DNA from: Paraspadella gotoi
Lineage: Eukaryota > Animalia > Chaetognatha
Direction: 5' to 3'
Assembly (NCBI GenBank): GCA_051294375.1
Contig: CM119264.1
Coordinates: forward strand, 29,949,693 to 30,013,692
DNA: 64,000 nucleotides
Made by a program: the position numbers and the translations under genes
The notes under the pieces: model-generated
Databases searched by the model: none
What the model was told of the DNA's origin: nothing
The model's input: only the letters and a program-made list of their open reading frames with translations
Shown here: positions 36,428 to 49,100 of the stretch, piece by piece
Layout: each line of letters begins with the position of its first letter
Position numbering within the stretch: position 1 is the stretch's first letter

Positions 36428-39400
36428 CTAAGCGGGAGCCTCTGCAACGGGCGCTTCTGCAACGGGCGCCTCCTCGTGCTCCGCCTCGTGATCCTCATGT
36501 TCCGAGGACGCGTTCTTGCTCTGCCGCCTGAATTGGATGCTGAAGACGGTCGTCCGCCTCCGAGTCGAAGACACGGCTACCGACGCTCTCCGCTTTTCGT
36601 AGTCATCCTCCAAGACCTCAGCCATGTCCGGCAGGGCTTCCTTCAAGGCTTCCATGTCATCGCTCCATGTCTCGTCGCTGTTGGTCTCTTTATTCGAGAT
36701 GGCTGCTATTACGGCCTCGATCGTTTCCTGCGTCCGAGGAAGTAAATTAGGTAAAATGTAGTTAATGATATAGTATAGTATAGTAAAGTATAGTATTGAA
36801 AAGACACAATACTCGTGACGAAGCAATTAATAAACCGTTGATAAAATAAGGTTAGGATCAGGCGTATTTAGCGCATCGACCAGTTTAGTAACCGCTAGGC
36901 GGTCACGGGGCTTGAACCCAGGACCCTTCGGTTGGAAAGGGAATTACTTTAGAATACCATGTATCTATTTTATAAATTTCTTATCATAAAAAATGTAAAC
37001 CTTTTTTGTGAGTCCATCTTTAAATCCTCGACCGCCAGCGTCTTTGTATTCGCTGTCACACGCATCGGCAAAACTCGCTCCTTTCTTTAGTAATTCCTAA
37101 AATTATTAGGAAACAGTCTAAATGAACAAACATACTAAAAATACAAGATACATGAGGCAAATAATAATTACAAAATGAAGTAAAAATCTCTCAAGAAAAA
37201 GGAGGTGGCCGAGACAATTTCATAAAGTATTTTAATCATTTATAAAAAGAGACCAGTATTTATAAAACTATTTATCAAAACATAATAGCTCTTTTTTCAA
37301 ATTAATTTATTGACTACTAATTAACTAGATTCAAACACTAACCTTGATGATTCTATCATGCCTCTTCCTAATCGCGACCCTCAAAGGCGTCTGCCCTTCC
37401 TGATCTCTCGGATCCACCGCCGCGCCCATTGCCAATAGCTTTTCGACGAGACCGGCGCGCCCTACCCACGCCGCCACGTGGAGCGGCGTCATTCCCACGT
37501 CGTCGGGGGCGTCGATGACCTCCTGCGTCTTGGAGACGGCGATTTCCGCGATGCGTTCGTCGCCCTTGAGGGACGCCACGTGGAGAACGCCGACGACGTT
37601 GGCCCGGTGAAGATCTTTGTCGTTCATGCGGACGGAGATGATGGCGTCGGCCACGTGGTGGAAGCCCTGAGAATCAGAAGAAAAGGAAAACAAGTGAACA
37701 GTTGACAAAAGAAATGAAATTTGGAAAATGAAGATGCCCAAAATACATAAGTAACATGATAAACGTCTACTAAAACAAGTGAAAATTTGGTGAAACAATT
37801 CAAATTGGCAAAGTGGAAAACCGAAAAATAAAAAATAATGATAGGCAAAACAATGGAAGATGGCAAAACACGTGAATTTCGGCAAAACAAAAGAATAAGC
37901 GGAATAAGAATAGAATTATATTTTATATTATATATTATATTATAGAGTTAACAATAGATGGCCGAAAAGAAAAAGAAAATAATATAATAACCAAATATGG
38001 AAGGCGACCAAAAAAAAAAACAAAAGAATAATGATTCAGTCTAACTGAAGTCTGAAAGAAAACAAAAAGCAAAACGGAAGAAAGAAAATGCGGAATTCCT
38101 GCATTCAATCCGGTATCTCCAAATCTCCTTGCCTCCAAAAATTCCTGATTCCGATAACTGGATCGACAAGCGTCTTTGAAGGTAGCGCCAGCGCGAATCA
38201 AAAGTCCAACGGTGTTGCGGTGTCGCTCCCGGATGGCGACTCGCAGCGCCGTCTGTCCCACTTTGTCGGTGGCGTGAATGTCCACGCCTTCTTTCAACAA
38301 GTGACTGAGAACCTGAAAAGAAGGGTAAAGTTAATCACTGAATTATCAAGATCAGCAAGGGGTTTCTGCCATCGTCACCTGATCGGATCCAATGTAAGCG
38401 ATGAGATGTAGCAATGGCATGTTGAGCTTCTTGCTGATGGCGTCGAGATTTGCCTTCACGTTGGTTCCAGCCTCGATCATCGCCTCCAGATTCTCTCGAT
38501 CGATGAGTCCGGCGCGGAAGTCGTCGTCCTTGAAGGTGCCCTTCAGAGAAAGAAGAGAAGAGAACATTCTCGAATAAATTCGAAACAGAGATCAAAAATA
38601 GAGATTCTGATCATAAGCCGATGAAATGTTTGGAAGACGATCTTCGGCACTGCCTGAGATCATTGATTAGTGATCAGTTATCCTCGTTTGAGGATCGGTC
38701 ACCACACGTTGAAGCGTATATTTAGGAACTGGTCTGTTTCTCCGCTAAATAAACATGTTGACTTGTTTCACACAACTCTTCACAATTCTAGAAAGAAAAT
38801 CTTGAACACAACTCTCAAGTCGGTTGGCCGGTAGGTCAATCATTCTGTCCGTCCCACTTACGCAACTCTGGAACTAAGGTAATATTGCGTAGTAAGATGA
38901 TGAACCATGAGATACATAATGTGCAATTGTGCATACTTCATAATTCATGTTTCATACTTGTGTAGTCATGATCATTATGAAATGCGTTTCACCGCCCCGC
39001 AAATTTTCGAACTTGCCGGTTCTCGTTACTTGATCACTTACCTCATTGAATCACTTACCCGACAAGCGATTTTGGCCAGAGCGCCGCCGTAAACCAATTC
39101 CCTGACGGCCTCAGATTTGTGGCGTCGAATCGCCTTCCTCAGCGCCGTCTCATCGTCGGAGCCTTTGACGTCGACCTCGGCGCCACGTAGGACCAAGAGA
39201 GCGATAATGGACGGGTTGGTGGAGAGCGCCGCCAAGTGGATGGGTCTATCATTGTTTTCGCTGGCGGCGTTGGGGTCGGAATCGTGTTTGACGAGGTAGC
39301 GACACACCTCAAGGTAAGGATGGCGGATAAAAAGGGGCGAAATTTTTTCTTAAAAATTAGTTTTGCTTTAAACATCGACCAGAATTTTGTTGTCGGTTAT

Positions 39401-40272
39401 CTCTTTGTATGTTATTTAAAATAAAATGTTTCTAAAAAATTCCTTTTTAATTAAATTATGGACGAAAATTCAAAATTTAGCCGTAAATAATTTAAAAAAT
39501 TACTTGTAAATATTATTCATTAATTTGTTTATAATTTATGAGAAAGAGCCCACTTCGATGTGGCCTCGACGCGACGCGGCGTGAAGGCCCGTCTCTCCCT
39601 CAAATCCCTCGCGAGAAGTCTTGAGCTTGACCACTTCCTTCGGCTTGTATTTGCTTGCAAGCTTTTCCACGCGTTGCTTGTCCCCGAGATGGCACGCAGT
39701 CCAGAAAATTAAAGGGTCGAGTTCCTTAGACGGAGGGAAATTTGGTTGAATCGACGGAGAGTTGGAATGTGAGGAGCGGAACTTAACCGACTGTGTGTAC
39801 TGACATCACACATCAACTGGAAAGTCAGTTTTGCATTGACCTCAACTCAAAAACGCTTCTACTTTAATGCAACCAGGCTGCAATAGTGTGTATTGCTTGA
39901 TTATAAGGATTGATTGATTGATTTAGCCACGAATACGATGAAAATTTTGGTCGACATTCCTTTAATGCTACACTTACTGATGTGACCCCATCTGCCAGTA
40001 AATTAATTTTGAAGATAAAATGACAATAGATTATAAAGTTTAGCCTGTTCAAAGATTACTATCACGTACAGAATCGGAACCGGTACATACTGAGTCACCG
40101 AAGATAAATACTGTAAGCTACTGATTTTGGAACGTCTTTATTTTCAACTTAAGTGATGTAACACAACTTGGAATCCGAAATGAATATTTATCAAAACAAA
40201 ATTAAAGAAACAAATGAATTTCTCAATTGTTTTCAATTATTAACTTAGTTTTCGGTAACTTACCTTTGACAT
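36428..40272 (-). CDS. Ankyrin-repeat protein, multi-exon
   Basis: Exons ~40272-40264 (MSK), ~39724-39554 (GETGLHAASRRGHIE), 39307-39059 (NDRPIHLAA, DETALRKAI), ~38543-38379, ~38312-38160 (GQTALRVAI), ~37667-37342 (GMTPLHVAAWVG, GQTPLRVAI), ~37096-37001 and ~36728-36428 (acidic tail, stop). Confidence 0.8.
36895..36945 (-). mobile_element. tRNA-like (T-arm/B-box) fragment, probably a SINE remnant
   Basis: Reverse complement CTTTCCAACCGAAGGGTCCTGGGTTCAAGCCCCG resembles a tRNA 3' half; no D-arm is evident. Confidence 0.4.
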
Positions 40273-41725
40273 TGTATTTACTTTGTTGTTAAAATCGGCG
40301 TCCAAAACAAAAATGTAGCAATAAAACGGACAAAAACAACGATCGGCGACAATTTCGTCTCCTTGAAAACTTGAGCTCAGAATGACAAAGAATGAAAACC
40401 AGTTTTTTTTTCTTTTTCTCCCTTCGAAAAAAGATCCTTGATTGAGAAGGTGATAACCGTTCGATAAGGTGCACCTCGGGCGGAATACGGCCGACGCTAA
40501 ACTAATCTTTTTTTTAATGTATAAATGTGCATTATCATTAATTCGTTCCTCAAAAAAGTCATAGTGTATATATATTAATATTAAAGGCGTTTGAAAAACA
40601 TAGAAATCCAAGGCTGATTTTTGAAAGGCTCTCCAAGGTTGAAGGAAGGAGGCCAGGGTGAAGAAATTTATGACCTTGCAAGTTATTGAAGCGCGAGTGA
40701 ATTTCTTAATTTGGATTTTAAACTTGGACAATGCATATACCGTCATACGTATATTTTCATATTTCTAAACATTTTATTTTCATTGAAGCACCTTATCAAA
40801 ATAAGATTATGGACAATATTTACATTTACTTACGCGTAAAAAAAACTTGAGATTAGCTCTTTTTTTAAACCAAGATTACAGGCTTTGTTTTAGTAATCCT
40901 ACTATATTTCTTATAAACATACCGTTTCGCTTTCGCATTGTTTTTTCTATTCTTATGACGTACATAATGTGCCACTTTATAGCTAAAATAACAAGATAAT
41001 CTATGATATTACATGTATCCGAAAATATCTAAATATCTAAATATCTGAAGCTAAAGGTAAATGGATGGTTTAAAACTAATTTTCACACTGTGCTTTACTA
41101 GTATAATTAATATAATTAAATTAATATAATTACTATAATTAAACACCGAACAAAATAGATCTATTTTGTAATATTTAACAAACAATTGATAATCCTACGA
41201 AAACAATAGGGAAAACTGGAAATTAGTAAGTCTAGAGCAAATTACCAAAACTTTTTTATGTCATCAATCGATAATATAAAAAAAATGATCCAATACGGAT
41301 TACTAAAGCAGGGACAAAAAATAGCTAGAGATGTCACTTTTTAAGTTTCGAAAATACGAAACAACAAAAACAATTTATTAGGAAAAGAAAGAAAAAAAAC
41401 ACAACACCATGATAAGCGGTATCATAACAGAAAAAAACTACCTTGATTGCTATTTCAAAATAACCATAAATGATGGGGGAAAAAAAACTAAACCTGGTTG
41501 AGACAAAAAAAAAAAAGGATTTCATCAACCGAATCGATTTGAAATCTGTTCTTTTATTCGACGCAATTAATTCCACACACAAACGTTTCATCATTTTTGC
41601 GTTCAAATTCGTCGTCCGCGCAGAGATAGGAAGAGAGGAGAAAGAGAGAGAGCGAGAGAGAGCGAGAGAGAGGGAGAGAGCGAGAGAGAAAGCGAGACAG
41701 AGACCTTTTCAAACAAGTTCCAATT

Positions 41726-43715
41726 TCACGTCTCCTTCGTACTTCTCGTAAACCCCCTCTTGGACGGCGCCGCCTCAGCCGCCCCGACGACGCGGCGCGG
41801 CGAAGTCCGCACGACGCGATCGGGCGCTCGAGGAATCTTGAAGCCGTCGGCATCGGTGGCCCTGGAATAGGTCGTGTCCGGCTCCGTGGAGGCTCGCGAC
41901 GAGGTGGTCGTCGTCGTCGATCTCCGTCTCTGTTCTCCCTTTTTCTTCTCTTCGCTTCGTTTGGAGTCGTTGGCCAGGATGTTCTGCTTCTGCCGCAACT
42001 TGCGTTCGTTGAGCATGTCACCTTGACTCGCTTCCTCTTTGGACGGCGGGTCCGCGGAGGCCCAGCAAAGACGGGGCGAATCTGGAGGTAGCGCAAAAAT
42101 GATATTGATAAAACGATAATAATAATTACATATTTTAAACATTTTCTGCGAAATGAGAAAGTTTCCTACAAAAATTTAGGCTAATCAATTAGAAAAATAC
42201 TCTCTATGACGTGTAGAAAAAACGCTAAATTATAGAAATCCTCCTCATTCGTAAAGTAAAGAAAGTATTAAAAATAACTTATTTATAAATTGATAATTGC
42301 AAAACTGCCTGATTTCTGTAAAATGAATAAAGTTGTCACTAAATTACTGTCAAGCAATGTTGCAAATCGAATGTTGTAGATCGAATAGAACCCCAAGAAT
42401 AAAATGTCTCAAAATGTACCAAATTATTAGAATAGCACAGCGCCCTCTTACGTTTATTCGTCTCCGCCATCTTGATATTTTCTCGATTCGAATCGACGAC
42501 GATGAAATCTTCGTCGTCGTTGGACGACGACGCCGTCGACTCCAACTTCATCCTCGCCAAAACATCGGTAGCCACGCCCACCCTTTCCTCCAGCGACGCC
42601 TCCCTCCGACGCCACAACTCTCCGTCCCGCCAGAGGGCAGTCTGTTTCCCCTTGAGCCAAGTCTGCTGCGGTCCGATGACGGACCCGGGTCGACACAGCC
42701 TGATCCAGCCGATGGCCTCGGCCGCGGCGAACCCGTAGTGTTTCACGATGTAGCAGGCGATGAGGGAGCCCGTGCGGCCGAGTCCGGCCTTGCAGTGGAC
42801 GGCGATGGCGCCGCGGGCTTTCTCGCAAATGTCGAGGAATCCCTCGACGATGTCGTCGGAGGGCGTGCTGCCGTCGAGGAAGAAGAGGTCGTGATGCTTG
42901 AATCCCGCCGTGGAGAATCGGCGAGCGTCGTATATGGGGACGTTGAGGCGGACGACGTGTTTGATGTGGTGGCGTCGAAAGTAGTCGAAGTAAGACTCCG
43001 GTGCGTGGAAGGGATACCCGTTCTCCACTCGGCTGCTGGCGTGAGGTCCGCAAAAGGCCACCAACTTCCCGGGCACGATCCAATTGAGGTCTCCGTTCTC
43101 AACGCGTTCGTAGTGTTCGTAGTCGAGGACGTCGAAAGCGTCGGGGTCGAAGAAGCCGAGATTGACGGCCTTCTTGAGGCCTTTGAGGACATCGAGGAGA
43201 TGAAGGTCGAAAGTGGAGGCTGAGAAGGAGGCGTCGCGAAAGGGAATCAGCGGAGAAGACGGCGACTCTGACGCCACCAACCGGTGCGCCTCCGTAGGCT
43301 CCATCCCGAGATACAACACGCCGTAGGCGCTGACCAAGAGAGCGGCGTTGACGCGTTTCTTGGCGTCGAAACCGGTCACGTGGACGATCCTCTTCTTGGC
43401 CAGCGCCGGGGATTTGAGCTTCTTGTTCACCCGACGGCAGAATCGAGTCAGAGAGGCGAGATTGAGCGGACCGAAGTCTTGATTGTAGCTCTCGTAAACG
43501 TAAGTCTCGTCGACGGAGAAGAAGTGTGCCGTGGGAGTGGAGGAGGGCTTCCGACGGCAGGTGGCGAAGTAGAGACGATCGGGGAGGAAGGCGGCGGCGC
43601 GAGAGAAGACGTCGTCGTCCTCGACGAGACGATGGGAAGGATGCTTGGAGGAAGAGGCGGCGGTGGAGCGAGGGGAGGAGGAGAGGGTCTTCGATCTTCG
43701 AGGCGTCGATTCCAT
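41726..43715 (-). CDS. CDC14: Dual-specificity protein phosphatase CDC14, two coding exons (43715-42452, 42081-41726)
   Basis: [26 protein letters not shown], catalytic [11 protein letters not shown] and [11 protein letters not shown] phase-1 GT-AG intron joins a second exon with SQGDMLN, resembling the QGD(K/R)L motif of CDC14 tails. Confidence 0.96.
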
Positions 43716-46169
43716 TTTTTGATTTTTTTCTTTTTTTTTTTTTTTAGATCGAATTCTACGACGACGAAATGTTTTTGAAAATTTTTCTCTCGACGACCTC
43801 TGGTGTTGGTGATCGAAATGAGAACCGCATTCCTTCGTCTTTGGCGTCGCCTACGCAGAAAATACAATATTGAAAAACCGGTTTGGGCCGAATATACAGT
43901 TGGTAATAAGCGTAGTTAAGTTTTTTCTTCAAACTTTAAATAGGGAGTTTACGCAAAATATACAAAAACATTTAGGGGTTTTGTCTTTCGTCATTTTTAT
44001 CAGTTACGTGTATTATCACATGACTCAATTCTTACTGATTAATATTAATCAGTCATCAGATGTTTTAATCGATAGAATTACGTAGTTGGATACAATGAGC
44101 GAAGGTAAAAAAGTAGATTTACAAATGTCAACCGCTTAGAAATGATTTTTTTTTTTCCTATTCGGTCTAATTTATTTAATTAAACGACGGGCACAACCTA
44201 TTGACCCGCGATAAACAAAATAAAATAATTCCCTTTAACAAAACATATTTATATCAAAACCATATGAACGCAAATCGCATGCGTAAAAAAAAATAAACGA
44301 GTTTAGTTTACTAACGAATAAAAGTTGATAACGATCCGTAAAAGTCTACTAATCGACTAATTACAACGAATTAACAGTTGTGTTTGTTTGTTTTGTTTTT
44401 TTTTTGTTAACACCACCCCCCACTTTTAATCTGATTTTGAAATAGAGGTTTCGGAACCGAGGGCAATCTAATTTCCCCAATTGGGTCAAATATTCATCGA
44501 ACGATTGATTCACTATTGTATCAGTTTTACGAAAACCACCGTAATTTTTTAACTTCCCCCGTAACAAAAAATTATTACGATATGACGCAATTGAAAGAAG
44601 TGTACATTTTCCCAATTCGTTATATTTTATATTTATAGTTATATTTTAATCAAGCAAAGTTGGGGAAAAAAAAAGTAAATTTTCCCGAACCTTACCTTTT
44701 AATATTTGTCCAAAAGAGGTTAAGAGAGACGATCGAGCAAAATTTGATTCAAGTGTCTCGCTCTCACTCCCCGCCACTTTCTTGATCGAGAAAGAAAGCG
44801 AGAGCGAGAGAGAGAAAGAGAGAGAGAGTCGGGCTGGAAGACTCCACCCAAGTTTTGATCCAAGTTGAATTCGATCGGCCTTCCTTTTCTTGCCGTCGAG
44901 ATTCTTCTTTTCAAATTAAATGCGTCCGCGATCTTCACTTAGTTTTCTTTTTAAAGTCGAAACATTTCGTCGCCAACTTCAACCGTCAGAGGGGGCGAGA
45001 GTCCAATCTTTACGGCTCGGAGACCACGAGTCGACCCGTTGTCCAAATGCTTCAAAAACAAAAAAACCCGTTCTTCCTCATTCCTCCGTCTCTTTTATTG
45101 TTTCTCCTCCTTCGAGAATTCCTCATCCCACTTTTGAGGATGCGACGGGTCACGTGACCAGCCCTTCGATCGCCCGGTCCACATCCGAAGAGTCTTCGAT
45201 CTCCGCCATCGATTTCCTATCGATTCTTCTTCTTCTTCTTCTTTGTTCAGATTTCTCGCGCGGGAAAAAGGGAACACACTCTCTCTCTGTCTTTTTTTTT
45301 TCTATCTCCGCTCTCTCTCTCTCTCTCTCTGACGGGTTCCGTTTCGAGTTTTGCCCTGAGTAGGTTTCCCCTCTAAAGACTGGATCTACAAAATGAAAAA
45401 AAAAATTTAAAAAAATAAATGAATTGGGTTCGAGGGGCGAGCCGATCTTAGAATTAACGGGGAAAGGGAAAAAGGGGAAAAGAGAGAGAGAGCTACTACA
45501 GACAAAAAGTACAATCGATCCCTAAACTAGAGATTAAACTTAATTGGGTATTAGCAAGAAAAAAATACTTAACTAAATAAATAGTAAAACTTGGCTTATT
45601 GGCTCGATGTAAGACTCAAAAACAAGATGAGACGAACAGGATGATAGATTTTTTTTTGAATTTTAGAAATTAGTTATATTCAAAAGATCGGGCTTAGCTC
45701 GTCTGAATCATTAACAATGAAACTATATCTAAGAATAAAGCGTTTCACAACTTGACAGAGAAGTCATCTACACGGTATTAATAAATACAGCGAAGTGAAA
45801 ATAAAAACGAAAAAATGAATTTAAAAAAAAGAAATTCAAAGCTCACCTCATAAGATAATTTTTTTTTAATAGGTATTTTCTTGTCATACCATGGTGCGAT
45901 AATAAACTAAAATGTCAACAAGTCGGTGAACATATAGAAAAGACATGGCTAACAAAAGGAGCAACATAAAAGACTAATAAATGCATTTTTTTTCAATGGC
46001 ACTCGAAGAAAATTTTTGTTTGTTAATAAACTAAAAGAAGCTGGTGAAATAAGAAATGTTGAATGACTATTGTCTCGACCTATAGTCGGATTGTCGAAGC
46101 GAACTAACGGTCATTTGTCCACGTCGCGAGAGAGACGCGTTCAAACGCAAATCTTATTATGTATTTTTT

Positions 46170-49100
46170 TCAGAGATTGCCGTCATCGGCGTTTGTCATT
46201 TTGTTTTCCAAAGTGGTTTCGTTGGCGTCGGCGTCGTCGGGAGAATCAGAATCGCGACCAACAAAAGACGCGTCGTAGTTTATTTCCAGCTTCACATCCC
46301 TAACAAAATTAAAACAATACAAATGTATTTAAAAAAAATCCTTACTCATTAGTCAATTACAGTCACTACTTTCAATTCAAATGGCTAATTTTTTCAAGGG
46401 ACAAATTTCAACTTTTAATCGCATCACAATATGAATATCGCTTGATAATAATAAAAAAATATGAGTAAAAATGTAGGAAAAGAAGACAAGGTTTCGGCAA
46501 TAAACCCGTTACCTCGTGAGATCCTGCGGCTGTTGGTCGCTGGGCGTGCCTTGACGTGGAGATCGACTACCGTCCGAGTGACGTTCGGGAGTTGTGGACC
46601 GAGGGGAATGCGAATTTTGAGACGGAGAATGAGGGACGAGACCCGGTGAGTTGGGTTGGTCTCTCGGTAATCCTGAAGAATGGAATTAGTGGTTGGAATG
46701 AAGCATAAACGATTATAATTAGAGCATTGTGGCGGTATATTCACACCGCCTCACGTCCATTATCCTTCAGCCAAATCCATTGGCTCAGAGGGGGAACACA
46801 CCATCCCAGGCATAGTGTTCCATCCACAGTCCTAACGACTTCCCTCTGCGTTGGCAAAGCGAGACCGTCCTAGGGTAACCGCCCCACTGAGGGTCGATAG
46901 CCCCCAAAGCCAACAGCGAGATGCCCCATCCCAATGGGCGTCACAGGCAACCCGGCGGTTGCCATAACTTCATCTTTAAATCATGAATATTTGTAAATTG
47001 TTCTAACTTTTTTAGCTTTTACTTCCTTTTCCGTGCGTTCGACTTAGTGTGTAAAATTTGTTTTGCCTCTATCACTAATAACAATAGAATAGGCTCACCA
47101 GCTTGCCCAACTGCGATGGCCGCTCTCTCGTAAAATCCTCTCAGGCTTTCGAATTCCTCTTCAAAGCGACGGATCCTTTTCGCCGGCGGAAGTCGCTGCG
47201 GCGAAGAATCGCGCCGCGGCGAAGGATCCGGACTGGACGAACGGTCGCGACGCGGCGAAAGCGGAGAAGGAGAGCGGATTCTCGCGACGACTTCGCCCTC
47301 TTCGTCGTCGAGACGGGAGTCCGTCGGCGGCGAAGCGTCCGACGCCTCGAACCGGCGATCGGGTAATCGACGGGCGTCGCGGACGCAAGGCTGTTCGGGT
47401 GATTCCAACGAGTCCATGCGGACGAGATGAGGAAGAAGGGTGTCGATCTGGATGCCGCCGTTCAGACCTGAAGGGAATGGAGATGTCGAAACCGCGATTG
47501 AATTTACTTCTTTCTTTCTTTGTTTGTTTATATCAAAAAACGATACAAAAATGTCGTTTAAACTTTAAATAGATGAGACCTGCGAAGAAGAGGCTCTCGA
47601 TGACTTCAGCCGAAAAGTTCCTCAACGTCGGCAAGCAAAGGAGAAGGCGACCGAATTTCTCGGCGACGATTAAAGGAGATCCAGAGTCGAACCAGGAGAG
47701 ACTAGAAAAGGGGAATATATTGGACTAAGCATTTGGTTTTCAAGGTGATGATGATAGTTTATCCTCACCATTGATTCTGCAATCTATCGTAGAGTTCCCT
47801 CAGCGCCCTCCGTCTCAGATCAGCGACAAACTCGGGGTCCGGAAGTCCGGGGAAATCCGTCGCGAAAACAACGAGGAGACGCAGGTAGGCGAAGTCACCG
47901 GCGCTCAACGATAATTCGCGAAGGCTGGAATGGCGGAATTTATTATTTATTAATTAAGTTTATAATAAACTTTGCAAATCGTTTGCAATGACTCTTCCCG
48001 CCAAACCTGGCGACGAGCTCCTGGATCTTCCAGATGTGCTCCGTGGCGACTTTGATCTTTCGAAGTTCCCGACGTCGATCCCCGTCCGTCTGAAGGTTGG
48101 CCACGATCGCGTTGAGGAAGAGCGGGAGGGACATCGCCTCCGCGGACTGCGAAAGGCCTGGTCAGGGGTGGGATGATGAGGTTTGAATAATGAAGATGAG
48201 GATGAAGAAAATGTTGAATATTGGAGATCAAGATAATGTCAAAGATAATAACAAAGTTGATGAAGACGATGATGAAGAAACTGATGACGAAGATGATGAC
48301 GATAATCATAATGAGAATCAAATTATAATCTCAAGGCCGCACCTAATAGAAAGAGTTCGACCCAGGTGTGACGGAGGATGGTCGCCTGAGTGTCGGACTT
48401 GAACTGGGAGAAGGCGGCGACGTTGCGGATCCAATGAATGGATTGAAACAAAAGGCGAGACGCTGTGAGAGTCGAGTGGGGGGGGGCCGGTTGAGAAAAA
48501 AGTGATTCGAGTGAGTCTCGACACATTCCTAGAAAAGGACGCCCTTTTGACTAATGAGAATGACAATATTGTTAAATTAGTTTAAGTATTAAATAATATT
48601 GCTAAATGTCCCAAACAAGAATAAATTAACAATTTGAGAGTGAATTGATCTTAACTCAATGTCAACACGACCATATAAAAATGAGATTGATGAGCTCAAT
48701 CTCATTTTGAGATGAGTTCGTCTCGTAATTTCCTCACCAGATTCACAGATAAAGGTTTGAGTGAGGTAGGTGGCCGCCGGCGGAGCGGAGAACGGGAAGT
48801 CGAACTGCGAAGGCGAAATCAAAGGCAGCGCGGGAGAGGAGGATGAAGAGGAGTTGGCCAAGGATGGCGCCGAAGAGCGAATCTTGTCGGTGGAGGAGGA
48901 TGGACGATGCCAAGCGGGGACGCGAGGTGTCGTCGACGAGGGTTCTGGAAAAAGAGATGACGGTGAAGGAAAGGTAAGGGCAAGTTCGAGTAAGTCTGCC
49001 TCACTTCTTTAAAACTTACTTTCGTTCTTTACTGTGGAAGAGATCGGCGCAGTGAGGAGAGAAACGAGAGAAGATTGAGACGTCGACTCATTTCCGATTT

